Of a stretch of DNA of 64,000 nt, positions 8,430 to 17,902 are shown one piece after another; position 1 is the first letter of the stretch, and each line of letters opens with the position of its first letter. The position numbers were made by a program, and so were the translations under genes. The notes below the pieces were generated by a model. It saw nothing but the letters and a program-made list of their open reading frames with translations. It had not been told where the DNA came from and ran no database searches. Origin of the DNA: Candidatus Levyibacteriota bacterium (lineage in GTDB: Bacteria > Patescibacteriota > Microgenomatia > Levybacterales > UBA12049); contig OY970292.1 in NCBI GenBank assembly GCA_963716145.1, positions 405,171 through 469,170 on the forward strand. The letters are read 5' to 3'.

Positions 8430-9614
8430 TTAAACTCCGCTTTTTTTTATCCCCGGCCGCAAAACTTTAAAGGAAAGAAAATAACAGAATACAACTAGCA
8501 TTGCTCCTGTCAGAAAGGTATAAGGAATAGCAATTTTTGATGCAACAAATCCTCCAAGTATGGGACCTACAATCATGCCTATGCTTTGATATGATGCATT
8601 AAGTCCCATAATCGCTCCTTGCGATGCCGGCTCTGCCTCATTGGAAAGGATTGTCGGTATTAGAGTCTGCACATGACTATTTGCAGTTGCCAGTAGAATA
8701 GATGCAGCGATGAAAAAAGGCAAAGCATGTGAGAAAAACATCATTAAAAAAGCAACACCAACAAACACTAGAGAATATGTAAAAGTTTTTTTAAGGCCAA
8801 ATGCCTTAGACACCCTGGCAACAATTAAATTTTGAGCTATTAAACCTACTGCTCCGAACAGGGTAAAAAGCAGGGCATTTTGCGTTTGAGTGACATTCAA
8901 AACATGAAGAGTGAAGGGCTGGAATCCATAAATAATCGCGCAGGCAAAAGCCATAAAGAAGAAAAGAGATATCAGGAATGTTGGCCCTACCTGGGGATCA
9001 AATAATGTCCTCCACATCTTAGGAAAATCAAATAATTTACCATGTGAGACTTGTCCCATGTGCTTATTTGTTTCAGGAAGATAAAGCGCTGTCAAAATCA
9101 CGGCAATTGTTGTTATGATTCCAGCTACTATAAATGGCACTGCTGCCCCAAAACCCACAGTAAAAGCAGCAAGAGCAGGACCCAAAACGAATCCCAAACT
9201 CAAAGCACTGCCAATCATGCCAAAAGCCTTTGCCCGGTCTTCAGGCTTTGTTGAGTCGGAAATCACAGCAAAGGCAACAGGAATATTCCCGGCAGTAAGT
9301 CCATCCAGCGCACGAGAGATAAAAAGAATAATTGCGTTCGGAGCAAATGCCGTCATGAAAAATGATACAGCTGTCCCGGCAATTGAAACTAGAAGCATGG
9401 GTCGACGGCCATATCTGTCGGAAAGTCGTCCGATTATAGGAGTTGAGATAAATTGGCAGATTGAGAAAAGAGCAAAAAGCAAACCATTGTCAAAGTCACT
9501 CAGGCCAAACTTTTTGGAATAAGCATAAAGAATCGGGATGATGATCCCATATCCTATCATATTCACAAGAGCGATGAGAACAATTAAAAATAAATTTCTG
9601 TTGGATTTAAGCAT
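8430..9614 (-). CDS. MFS transporter.
   Basis: Twelve transmembrane helices predicted from the hydrophobic pattern. MFS motif GRLSDRYGRRPML. Confidence 0.8.
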   Translation of the reverse strand: MLKSNRNLFLIVLIALVNMIGYGIIIPILYAYSKKFGLSDFDNGLLFALFSICQFISTPIIGRLSDRYGRRPMLLVSIAGTAVSFFMTAFAPNAIILFISRALDGLTAGNIPVAFAVISDSTKPEDRAKAFGMIGSALSLGFVLGPALAAFTVGFGAAVPFIVAGIITTIAVILTALYLPETNKHMGQVSHGKLFDFPKMWRTLFDPQVGPTFLISLFFFMAFACAIIYGFQPFTLHVLNVTQTQNALLFTLFGAVGLIAQNLIVARVSKAFGLKKTFTYSLVFVGVAFLMMFFSHALPFFIAASILLATANSHVQTLIPTILSNEAEPASQGAIMGLNASYQSIGMIVGPILGGFVASKIAIPYTFLTGAMLVVFCYFLSFKVLRPGIKKSGV

Positions 9615-9833
9615 GAATTACATAGTATAGCAGGAATCGCCGTTAACGCCAAAGATAAAAAAACCTAAACTCTACTCCACCACAACCGCAGTAACAATTT
9701 GAATCATAAAAAAATTATAGCAAAAAATTAACCTAGAGGGATTTTACGAAAATGTAAATTAATTTTAAATTAATTTTTAATATAGTTGAATAAATTTAAG
9801 AGGAGACCAATTATGGATTTATAAACTTAGATC

Positions 9834-10103
9834 CTAACTACCTACGTGGATTATGCGCCTTAACTTCCCATTAGATCCTTTACTTTCAATTTTACGTGCA
9901 TTTATACTGCCACCAACTAACGTTTCACTTCTAGTTGCACCAGTGACACGATCTTCATGGTCTAGATCTATCGAATTTTTATCATCCCTTACTGTAACCC
10001 ATAATTTATGCTTTGGCGAAGTTTCAAGCAAAAACCTCCCGGGACTACGATCAGTGCTTCCTATAACTTTGCCATCTACTGCGACAGTTTCTCTAATTGT
10101 CAT
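9834..10103 (-). CDS. Hypothetical small protein.
   Basis: ORF with the start chosen at MTIRETVAV. No family was recognised. Confidence 0.3.
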   Translation of the reverse strand: MTIRETVAVDGKVIGSTDRSPGRFLLETSPKHKLWVTVRDDKNSIDLDHEDRVTGATRSETLVGGSINARKIESKGSNGKLRRIIHVGS

Positions 10104-10238
10104 TATGCGATTATAGCAAAAAGTTTTATAAAAATAAAGTATCATTTTAGCCTCAAATTTCAATTTATCCCCTACTTTACTGATTCATATAAAATCATAG
10201 TTGTAAATTTGTTAAATAAAACATGATATCCTTAATAT

Positions 10239-10562
10239 ATGGCGACGAAGAAATCAACCATAGAGTACCTCACAGAACAAATTTCGGAAGCCGGGGTGAT
10301 AAGATCGCGGGCTATGTTTGGGGAGTATGGAATTTACTGTGATGAAAAAATTGTCGCTTTTGTCTGCGATGACCAGCTTTTTGTCAAACCAACCGAAGCA
10401 GGAAAGAAATTTATTGGCAAAATTGTGGAAGCACCCGCCTATCCGGGATCCAAGATGTATTATCTTGTAACCGGCGACTACTGGGACGATGCGGAATACA
10501 TGTCTGAAATTATAAGAATAACAGCCGCAGATCTCCCGATCCCAAAACCAAAGAAAAAATAG
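10239..10562 (+). CDS. TfoX/Sxy N-terminal-domain protein.
   Basis: RAMFGEYGIYCDEKIVAFVCDDQLFVKP matches the TfoX_N signature (MFGGxGLY...). Confidence 0.65.
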   Translation: MATKKSTIEYLTEQISEAGVIRSRAMFGEYGIYCDEKIVAFVCDDQLFVKPTEAGKKFIGKIVEAPAYPGSKMYYLVTGDYWDDAEYMSEIIRITAADLPIPKPKKK

Positions 10563-10563
10563 A

Positions 10564-11355
10564 TTACTTTTTTCTCTCAACGCTCACGATATACTCAGCT
10601 GTCTCGTAATAACCTTCGAGGAATTCGTCCAATTCTGCCTGATTGAGATAATATGTTCTCATCTCAGGATTTCTGACATATGGAACAATTGTTTTTACTA
10701 TATATTTAGAGCCAATATATCTAGCAGCTTCCTTTTTATTAATCGTTTTGGCTTTTCCGGACATTAAGGCATGATTGATCACTACATACTCCAGCTCCTC
10801 AATAGCTCTATTTGCAATATCAACCAGTCTTATAGCATCATCTTTTGAAACAAATTCTCCGTGTATTGCTCTATTGGCAACTTTTATGATATCTATTAGC
10901 AAATTTTGAAGCGATTCATCAATTACATCTTTCTCAAAAAGATCCACCGCAAGCTCTGTCAGACCAACTTTGTTTGACTTTTTTTGTTTCAAATAAATCT
11001 GCCCCAAGAACCTAACTCTTTTTTCGATTTCAATACGGGCTTTGGCTAGTGCGAGAGCCGGATCGCTCTCAACAAGGTCTTTTAAGATATCAGGTTTTTC
11101 TGAAGACAATTTTTTTTGTTTTTTCTCAGGAATTTTCTCAACTTTTTTCTCAATCTTTCTTATCTCATCATGGGTTATTTCAGCTTCAAATTCTCCAAAT
11201 TTTATTTTTTTAATCAATGGAATATATGGAATAAGAATAATAACTATCAAAAGCAACACAGTGGTGTTATCTATCCTAAAAAAATTATCTGACAGTCCGT
11301 GAAGTACTATCAGAACAATGATAATAGTAATAATTAATGCGTTCCGCTTTTTCAT
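10564..11355 (-). CDS. Hypothetical membrane-anchored protein with DUF4145-like helical repeats.
   Basis: N-terminal transmembrane helices. The blocks DPALALAKARIEIEKRVRFL and IIKVANRAIHGEF are repeated and resemble DUF4145. Confidence 0.4.
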   Translation of the reverse strand: MKKRNALIITIIIVLIVLHGLSDNFFRIDNTTVLLLIVIILIPYIPLIKKIKFGEFEAEITHDEIRKIEKKVEKIPEKKQKKLSSEKPDILKDLVESDPALALAKARIEIEKRVRFLGQIYLKQKKSNKVGLTELAVDLFEKDVIDESLQNLLIDIIKVANRAIHGEFVSKDDAIRLVDIANRAIEELEYVVINHALMSGKAKTINKKEAARYIGSKYIVKTIVPYVRNPEMRTYYLNQAELDEFLEGYYETAEYIVSVERKK

Positions 11356-11423
11356 AAAAAATAACTGGAAGAGAGTTGAGGCAGAGGTACTCTATAGAGT
11401 ATAGAGTGTTTATAAACTAATTA

Positions 11424-12095
11424 CTAGTGGGGATTTTTTTCAAATTTTGCTTTTTTATAAAATTCAGGATCAGATACAAGAATCAATTCTTTTGGTGACT
11501 TTATCAAATCAACATTTACAATTCCTTCCATGTGATCAATCTCATGCTGAAAAACTCTGTTGAGCATTTTTCCCAAGCTTGTGCTATCTTTCATACGCCA
11601 ATATTTCGGATTACCGCGTTCATCATAATAATTAAATTCAATCCATGCAGGGCGTGCTAAGGGTACGATTACCGGATTGGCGCTCATGCACAGTTCAGGA
11701 TATTTCAAAAGCGTTTTTGCTTGCTTTGTAATTTTGGGATTGATAATAATTTCCATTTTTGTCTTATCAAGAGTTGTGTAAACAACAGCAAAGCGCTCAG
11801 GAATTCCCACCTGAACCCCAGCTATCCCGCGCCCATGCCCTGTTAATCTTTTGTAATTTTCTAAACATTTTTTAAGATATTTAATCTTTGCCCGCATTGC
11901 CGAGGATTTAATTTTATTTAAAGAAACTTCCTTTGATGACTTCCTAAGAATCGGGCTCTCGCCTATTTGATATATAAAATCAGTTACTTTAGAAGCGTTT
12001 GTAAAAACTTCCTTTTTATACTTTGAGAATGGTGGTTTCGCAGGCTTAAAAACTTTTGACTTCATGAACGGATTATAGCAAACGTCTATTGGCAA
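11424..12095 (-). CDS. def: Peptide deformylase.
   Basis: Motifs GIAGVQVG, ELCMS and QHEIDHMEG. Confidence 0.9.
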   Translation of the reverse strand: MPIDVCYNPFMKSKVFKPAKPPFSKYKKEVFTNASKVTDFIYQIGESPILRKSSKEVSLNKIKSSAMRAKIKYLKKCLENYKRLTGHGRGIAGVQVGIPERFAVVYTTLDKTKMEIIINPKITKQAKTLLKYPELCMSANPVIVPLARPAWIEFNYYDERGNPKYWRMKDSTSLGKMLNRVFQHEIDHMEGIVNVDLIKSPKELILVSDPEFYKKAKFEKNPH

Positions 12096-12107
12096 AAATA
12101 AGAGGAT

Positions 12108-13547
12108 TTAGAATCTATTCCACAACACCTGATTTGTTACCTCGTGATGATAGATAATTTCCGATTGCTTGATAAGAGTTCCAAGCGCCTTGGGGCTTCT
12201 GTCGGCAGCAGCTTGTTTGAAAGATGCGTATTTTTCTTTATTGTCAGCACCCAAAATTTTACTCATAAAATCACTGGATTTAAAAATTCTAATCGCGTCA
12301 TAAATATTGTCAGGCAAGAATCTTGATCTTTCCCTCTTATCTTGATCCTTTTTAAGCTTGTCTCCTTCGCGTCCAACTCTAAGAATTGTGTACAAAACAA
12401 GATATGGATTTGCATCCGGTGCAACAGAGCGCACTTCAATCCTTGCTGTTCTTTCATTCCCAACCGGAATTCTGATCATCGATCCGCGGTCAAGGGCCGA
12501 AACTTTTATCTGATTTGGAGCTTCAAAATGTGGATCAAGCCTTCTATACGCATTTACTGAGGAATTAAAAACCAGGCAAATCTCAGGAGCATGCTGAAGA
12601 AGTCTTCCAAGAAAATCCCAGGCAGGTTTTGAAAGTCCATCCTGCCCTTTTGGGTCGTAGAAAATGTTTTTTCCCGTCTTCGCGAGCGAGAAATTGGTGT
12701 GCATTCCTGAACCATTGATTCCCATTGCAGGCTTTGGAAGAAAAGTCGCAGTCATTCCCATGGTTCTTGCAACCTGACGGCAGACTAATTTATATAATTG
12801 TATCTGATCAGCTGCACGGACAATATCCGCGTATGAAAAATTCATCTCAAACTGGGAAGGAGCCACTTCCGGATGATCCTTCTCGTTTCTAAATCCCATC
12901 GCGCGCTGTGCCTCAGCCGCGTGATCTATGAAAACACGCAGTTTATCAAGAGGAAGGGAATGAAAATATCCTCCGGTTGTTATGAGTTTTAAGCCTTCAT
13001 CCGGATTAAAATTTTGCTCCGAATTGATTCCATCAACCAAAAATCCTTCAATTTCTGATGCCGCGAATGCAGTAATCCCTTCTTTTTTTCTCAAGGCTTC
13101 TGAGTAAAGTTTTAATTGTCCTCGGAAATCCGATTCATATTGGGTATGGTTGCGGTTATGGACTGATGCAAAAAAGATTACTTTGCCGGGACCGAAAACA
13201 TCGGAGGGCAAATGGCGGATTGATCCCCAGTCAACATCAAGCCTGAGATCTGATTCAAATTGGGCTGAGAATCCTCTGATTGATGATCCGTCAAAAGTCA
13301 GATTGGCAATGGAGTCAAGGAAAAATTTCTTATCATAATCAAGCATATGAAATCTTCCCTCAATATCAGTAAAACAAATAGTAACCGCTTTAATTCTTTT
13401 TTCTTTTGCTAAATACAATTTATATTCTTTTTCCAGATCTTTGGGGCTGGCAGTAAGGGAATCGGCAGCAGCTTTTAAGTTCATTTCCTCCAATTTGTCG
13501 TAAGGAATTTCGAGAAATGTTCTTAGGTTTCTATGCGAATCATCCAT
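12108..13547 (-). CDS. glnA: Glutamine synthetase.
   Basis: 479 aa. Gln-synt N-terminal region (FTDIEGRFHMLDYD...) and catalytic domain motifs. Confidence 0.8.
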   Translation of the reverse strand: MDDSHRNLRTFLEIPYDKLEEMNLKAAADSLTASPKDLEKEYKLYLAKEKRIKAVTICFTDIEGRFHMLDYDKKFFLDSIANLTFDGSSIRGFSAQFESDLRLDVDWGSIRHLPSDVFGPGKVIFFASVHNRNHTQYESDFRGQLKLYSEALRKKEGITAFAASEIEGFLVDGINSEQNFNPDEGLKLITTGGYFHSLPLDKLRVFIDHAAEAQRAMGFRNEKDHPEVAPSQFEMNFSYADIVRAADQIQLYKLVCRQVARTMGMTATFLPKPAMGINGSGMHTNFSLAKTGKNIFYDPKGQDGLSKPAWDFLGRLLQHAPEICLVFNSSVNAYRRLDPHFEAPNQIKVSALDRGSMIRIPVGNERTARIEVRSVAPDANPYLVLYTILRVGREGDKLKKDQDKRERSRFLPDNIYDAIRIFKSSDFMSKILGADNKEKYASFKQAAADRSPKALGTLIKQSEIIYHHEVTNQVLWNRF

Positions 13548-13656
13548 AATTCTTGTAAATTTAATCTAAATTTATATTAAATTAATTTAGTTGTCAAGAG
13601 GGTAAAAATAAAAAGTACGAAAATTATCTTAAATTTGGATATGTTAATGATTATTA

Positions 13657-14433
13657 GTGTTTAGTGAGTGTCTCTCATATCACTGCCCATGCTATAATTT
13701 ATTAATGATAAAGAAATTTAAAAAAAGAATAACTGAATTTTCTGCATTCTCCAAAAGTTCTCATGATTCTGAGAAATTATTATTGGAAATTTTTATTGGG
13801 ATCAGTGCCTTAATCGGAAGTCTTTACATTTTTCTTAAGCTAACTCACAAAGTAATTGATAAAGAAATCATATTTTTCGACAATATTATTATGCAAACAA
13901 TCTACGATTTCCACACCCCTTTTCTGACTCAATTGATGAAAAGTATTACTTTCCTAGGCGGTGAAATGTTCTTGGGTCTTGCTATTATATTGACTATAAT
14001 TATGCTCTTGAGAAAACACAAAAAAGACGCGTTTGTTTTTGGGTTTATTCTCTTGTTTGGTATAATTCTGAACTTATGGCTGAAGGGATTACTTCAAAGA
14101 CCCAGGCCTGATTTTTTCGCTCTAGTTACTGAAACAACTTTCAGTTTTCCATCGGGACACGCAATGAACTCTTCTGTTTTCTTCCTAAGCCTTACCTACT
14201 TTATTTTCCGAAATACAAGGAATAAGATGCTCGGCATTTGGCTTTCTATTTTATCTGCAATTCTTGTTTTCCTAATAGGAACCAGCAGAATTTATCTCGG
14301 AGTTCATTATCCAAGTGATGTAATAGCGGGTTTCGCAGCAGGATTGTTGTGGTTTGTAATTATCCTGCTTTTTGAAAAAATGCTTATATTCTTAAGATTA
14401 TTTCGTGAATATGAACTAATAAGTAAGTATTAG
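13657..14433 (+). CDS. PAP2-family phosphatase (undecaprenyl-diphosphatase-like).
   Basis: Motifs KGLLQRPRP, PSGHA and SRIYLGVHYPSDV. Confidence 0.8.
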   Translation: MFSECLSYHCPCYNLLMIKKFKKRITEFSAFSKSSHDSEKLLLEIFIGISALIGSLYIFLKLTHKVIDKEIIFFDNIIMQTIYDFHTPFLTQLMKSITFLGGEMFLGLAIILTIIMLLRKHKKDAFVFGFILLFGIILNLWLKGLLQRPRPDFFALVTETTFSFPSGHAMNSSVFFLSLTYFIFRNTRNKMLGIWLSILSAILVFLIGTSRIYLGVHYPSDVIAGFAAGLLWFVIILLFEKMLIFLRLFREYELISKY

Positions 14434-14444
14434 ATTTTCTAACG

Positions 14445-14588
14445 TTATCTTATTATTCCAAGCCCCAAAAGTCCGATTATGATCAAATAAATGGCGATCA
14501 GATAATTAAGAAATTTCGGGAAAACCAAAATAAGAACTCCGAAAAGAATAGACACCCATGGATCAAGATTTGCGAAACTTAAAGTCAT
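14445..14588 (-). CDS. DUF3096-family small membrane protein (47 aa). It is not in the ORF track.
   Basis: MTLSFANLDPWVSILFGVLILVFPKFLNYLIAIYLIIIGLLGLGIIR, a typical DUF3096 sequence. Confidence 0.55.
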   Translation of the reverse strand: MTLSFANLDPWVSILFGVLILVFPKFLNYLIAIYLIIIGLLGLGIIR

Positions 14589-14672
14589 AAATAGTCACCC
14601 CCAATCATGACAAGCAAAATAATGCTCGCTCCTCTTATAATAATGTAGCTATGTAATATTCGTGTATGAATA

Positions 14673-15525
14673 TCATCCGTTCACCGGGTGTCCGCCATTG
14701 ACGTGAATAGTTTGTCCCGTTATGTAAGATGCATCCTCGCTTGCAAGAAAAACAAAAGCCGGCGCTACTTCGTACGGCTGCCCCGCCCTACCCAGAGGAG
14801 TATCTGTTCCAAATTTTTCAACTTTCTCTTTTGGGAAAGTGGAGGGAATAAGAGGTGTCCAGATGGGACCGGGTGCAACTTCATTGACTCTGATTCCTTT
14901 TTTGGCCAAATTCGCGGCAAGCGAGCGTGTGAAGCTGACAATTGCTCCTTTGGTTGATGAATAGTCGATTAATTGCTCTCTTCCCTGGTACGCTGTAACG
15001 GATGAGTTGTTTATGATGCTGTTCCCTTCTTTCAAATACGGTAGAGCGGCTTGACACATAAAAAACATTGAGAATATATTGGTCTGAAAAGTTCGTCTTA
15101 GTTGCTCTTCACTGATATCCTCCAAACTTACCTTCGGATGCTGTTCGCCCGCATTATTAATTAATACATCTAATCGTCCCAGCTCATCTATGGTTTGCTG
15201 AACCACATTTATGCAAAACTCTTTCTTTCCAACGTCCCCTTTTAAAAGCAAACATCGCCTTCCTTCTTCTTCAACTTGCCTTTTTGTCTCTTCAGCATCT
15301 TGATCCTCCGATAGATAAACAATTGCAATATCAGCTTCTTCTTTGGCAAATGCAATAGCGCAAGCCTTTCCTATCCCGCTATCTCCTCCTGTTATCAAAA
15401 CAACTTTTCCTCAAACCTCTTTGCGGATTTGTAATTAGGGTTTTCCGACTTAGGCTTGGGATCCATTTTTTGCTCAGTACCGGGTGGTTTTTGTTCCTGA
15501 GGCAGTTGTCCTTTGGAGTTCATCA
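14673..15525 (-). CDS. SDR-family oxidoreductase (YhxC/YghA-like) with a probable -1 frameshift near 15412.
   Basis: Track ORF 14673..15398 begins ITGGDSGIGK. Another frame upstream encodes MMNSKGQLPQEQKPP...NPNYKSAKRFEE. Adding one A at GAGG gives RFEGKVVLITGGDSGIG. Confidence 0.75.
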
Positions 15526-15591
15526 TTTAATCATAAATGCGGATGATTAAATAAGAGTAAGTAATTGTTATGAATAATGTAAGGACTGTGA

Positions 15592-16722
15592 CTATTTTAA
15601 ATACTTTTTATAAAACTCTACCGTATTCTCCATTGCTTGAGTAAAACTCGCTCCTTCTATATCGTGTCCCCCGCTTGGATACTCATGCAGTTCATGAGGA
15701 ACGGCGGTTTGGTCCAGTAATGAATCCAAATCCCTGCTGTAACCGATATCAACAACAGTATCATCAACTGCATGATTTAGCTGAACTGCACCTTTCAAAT
15801 CTTTTAAATAATTAGTGGGAGCGACCATTTTCCAAAAAGTGCTATTATCGCTTGCCTCCCCGTATTTTGTAATCAGCTCGCGTCTTTTATTTTGGCGCTG
15901 TGCACTCAATCCTGTCGGTTGAAAACTAGCGTCGTTGATTCCATACTTTATGCGGTCCGTATATGAATAAACCGCCCCAGCCCAAATGCTTGCGGCCGGG
16001 ATCTCAGGCCTTACAGCAATACTCCTCATAACAATATTTCCCGCCATGCTATGCCCCCATAAACCAATCTTTTTTGGGTTAACAAAACCTGAATTCTCAA
16101 GCGCTGAATAAGCATTAAGAGTGTCAACTATATAATCTGATCCGAAATAACCGCCCCCTGCTTCTCCTTCCGAATCACCATGTCCCCGTAGATCAATTTT
16201 AAACACTACAAAACCATTTTTCGCGAGATAATCAACATATGAAGAATACGCTGCTCCATTTGTTAAGTATTGCGCAGGAGGGATGTAACCATGGATGAAA
16301 ACAATCGCCGGCCACCCACCACTTGGCTCCTCACCTTGAGGCTTAGTAAGTAAACCTTTTATTTTTAAACCTTCAGACTGATAACTGGTAAGATAAGATG
16401 AATAATTTGAATTTTGAGCTAAATCTGTTAATTCCGCCAATTTGCTTTCAAAACGTTGTTCCCTTAAATATGGAATTGTTATTTCCTGAAAAGGAAAAGG
16501 TGTTGGAGAAACAGTTTTACTGTTTACTACTTTTGATTTGATGCTTGAAACAGGATTTACAATCTTTCTTGAATCCCCCTTGGTGAAAATGTAAAAAACA
16601 CTCACAGCAATAATGATATCTATGAGAATAAACACGAGCCAAACTTTTTTTCCTAATCTTGTTTTTGGCGGAAGTGGGGTTTGATTATTTACTGCTGTAA
16701 AATTTTCCGGAGAGTTATCCAT
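15592..16722 (-). CDS. Membrane-anchored alpha/beta hydrolase.
   Basis: N-terminal transmembrane segment, nucleophile elbow GLWGHSMAG and an Asp/His downstream. Confidence 0.7.
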   Translation of the reverse strand: MDNSPENFTAVNNQTPLPPKTRLGKKVWLVFILIDIIIAVSVFYIFTKGDSRKIVNPVSSIKSKVVNSKTVSPTPFPFQEITIPYLREQRFESKLAELTDLAQNSNYSSYLTSYQSEGLKIKGLLTKPQGEEPSGGWPAIVFIHGYIPPAQYLTNGAAYSSYVDYLAKNGFVVFKIDLRGHGDSEGEAGGGYFGSDYIVDTLNAYSALENSGFVNPKKIGLWGHSMAGNIVMRSIAVRPEIPAASIWAGAVYSYTDRIKYGINDASFQPTGLSAQRQNKRRELITKYGEASDNSTFWKMVAPTNYLKDLKGAVQLNHAVDDTVVDIGYSRDLDSLLDQTAVPHELHEYPSGGHDIEGASFTQAMENTVEFYKKYLK

Positions 16723-16795
16723 AAAAGATTATTTTAGCACAAAAATATCTATCAGTGAATGCTGATTGTTTAAAGATAAATAAGTTTGAGAACTA

Positions 16796-17221
16796 TTAAC
16801 TCATCAATCCTATCGTTAGCCCAATTCCAAGGAGTGAGACGAGTTGGTACCCCGTGTTAATCCAAAATAATTTCCAGGGTTTTCCGCCAAATAAAGCATC
16901 TGTTGCCTGAACCGGCATAATAAATCCTAGCCATGACCAAAAAGCAGTCATAAGCCCAGTTGTAACCATTGGATTACCAAAATAAGCCTCAGACATGACT
17001 ATTACATGAAAAAGAACATACGCTGTAACCAATGTCAAAACAAAGTTTATGGCATAAGTTTTTCCCATTCCTTTTCGCGCCTCTTCCATAGAAGCTTTGG
17101 TGTAACCCATCAGCTTCATCCAGGGTTTGCCGAACAATACTGTGTACCAGACAAAACCGATTGCCATACTGACAATTGCGGCAACCAAAACAGTAACGTA
17201 ATTTACTTCTATATTCATCAT
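16796..17221 (-). CDS. DUF1761-family membrane protein.
   Basis: AAIVSMAIGFVWYTVLFGKPWMKLMG matches the DUF1761 N-terminus. Confidence 0.55.
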   Translation of the reverse strand: MMNIEVNYVTVLVAAIVSMAIGFVWYTVLFGKPWMKLMGYTKASMEEARKGMGKTYAINFVLTLVTAYVLFHVIVMSEAYFGNPMVTTGLMTAFWSWLGFIMPVQATDALFGGKPWKLFWINTGYQLVSLLGIGLTIGLMS

Positions 17222-17301
17222 AACTAATCACCTCCTCTCAGTCTTTATTTACGCATTAGACAATTCGATCATAATATAGTTTCCCGAAAATTTGCAATAG
17301 C

Positions 17302-17901
17302 TCAAACGTCATCAATATAATATCTGATCTCTTCTTTTTGAGGATTCAAAAGATTGTACAAATAAGTAATGTCTTTGTCTGTATGCCTAACGCATCCTGA
17401 ACTTCCCGAATTTTCAGCAGCTAAACGCGAGCTATCACCATTAATTCCGTGTAATCCAAAACTTCCGGGAAGTATCCAATCACACTGCCCATTGCACTCA
17501 AGATACGGTGTTGGACCATATGGATAATCCTCTGAATATGGAATATCTAGTATTAAAAAATACGGCGCGGTCTCCGGATCATCTTTGATTTCAACTTTCC
17601 CGGTGATTTTCCAATATTCCCTCCCCAACAATTTGGGCAGAGGCGTAGGGCGCTCACCTGGTATTCCTGTTTTTACCATAAATATTTTAACCAATTCACT
17701 GTTCTGTTTTTCACCCGGAACTCCAAGATACAAATATTCTTTATTTGATTTTCGATGAAGAACTAACCAGTGCGACTTTTTGGGAATTGTCGGCGCATAT
17801 ACTTCTTTATTCAAAATCCCAGCCAACAAAAACCCAAAAGCTACCAAAGTCAGAACGGCAATTAGCTGAAAAATGTGTCTTTGCGTGGTAGAATATATGC
17901 T
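17302..17901 (-). CDS. L,D-transpeptidase (YkuD domain).
   Basis: HGINGDSSRLAAENSGSSGCVRHTDKD is the catalytic His/Cys region. N-terminal transmembrane anchor. Confidence 0.75.
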   Translation of the reverse strand, partial: SIYSTTQRHIFQLIAVLTLVAFGFLLAGILNKEVYAPTIPKKSHWLVLHRKSNKEYLYLGVPGEKQNSELVKIFMVKTGIPGERPTPLPKLLGREYWKITGKVEIKDDPETAPYFLILDIPYSEDYPYGPTPYLECNGQCDWILPGSFGLHGINGDSSRLAAENSGSSGCVRHTDKDITYLYNLLNPQKEEIRYYIDDV

Positions 17902-17902
17902 C

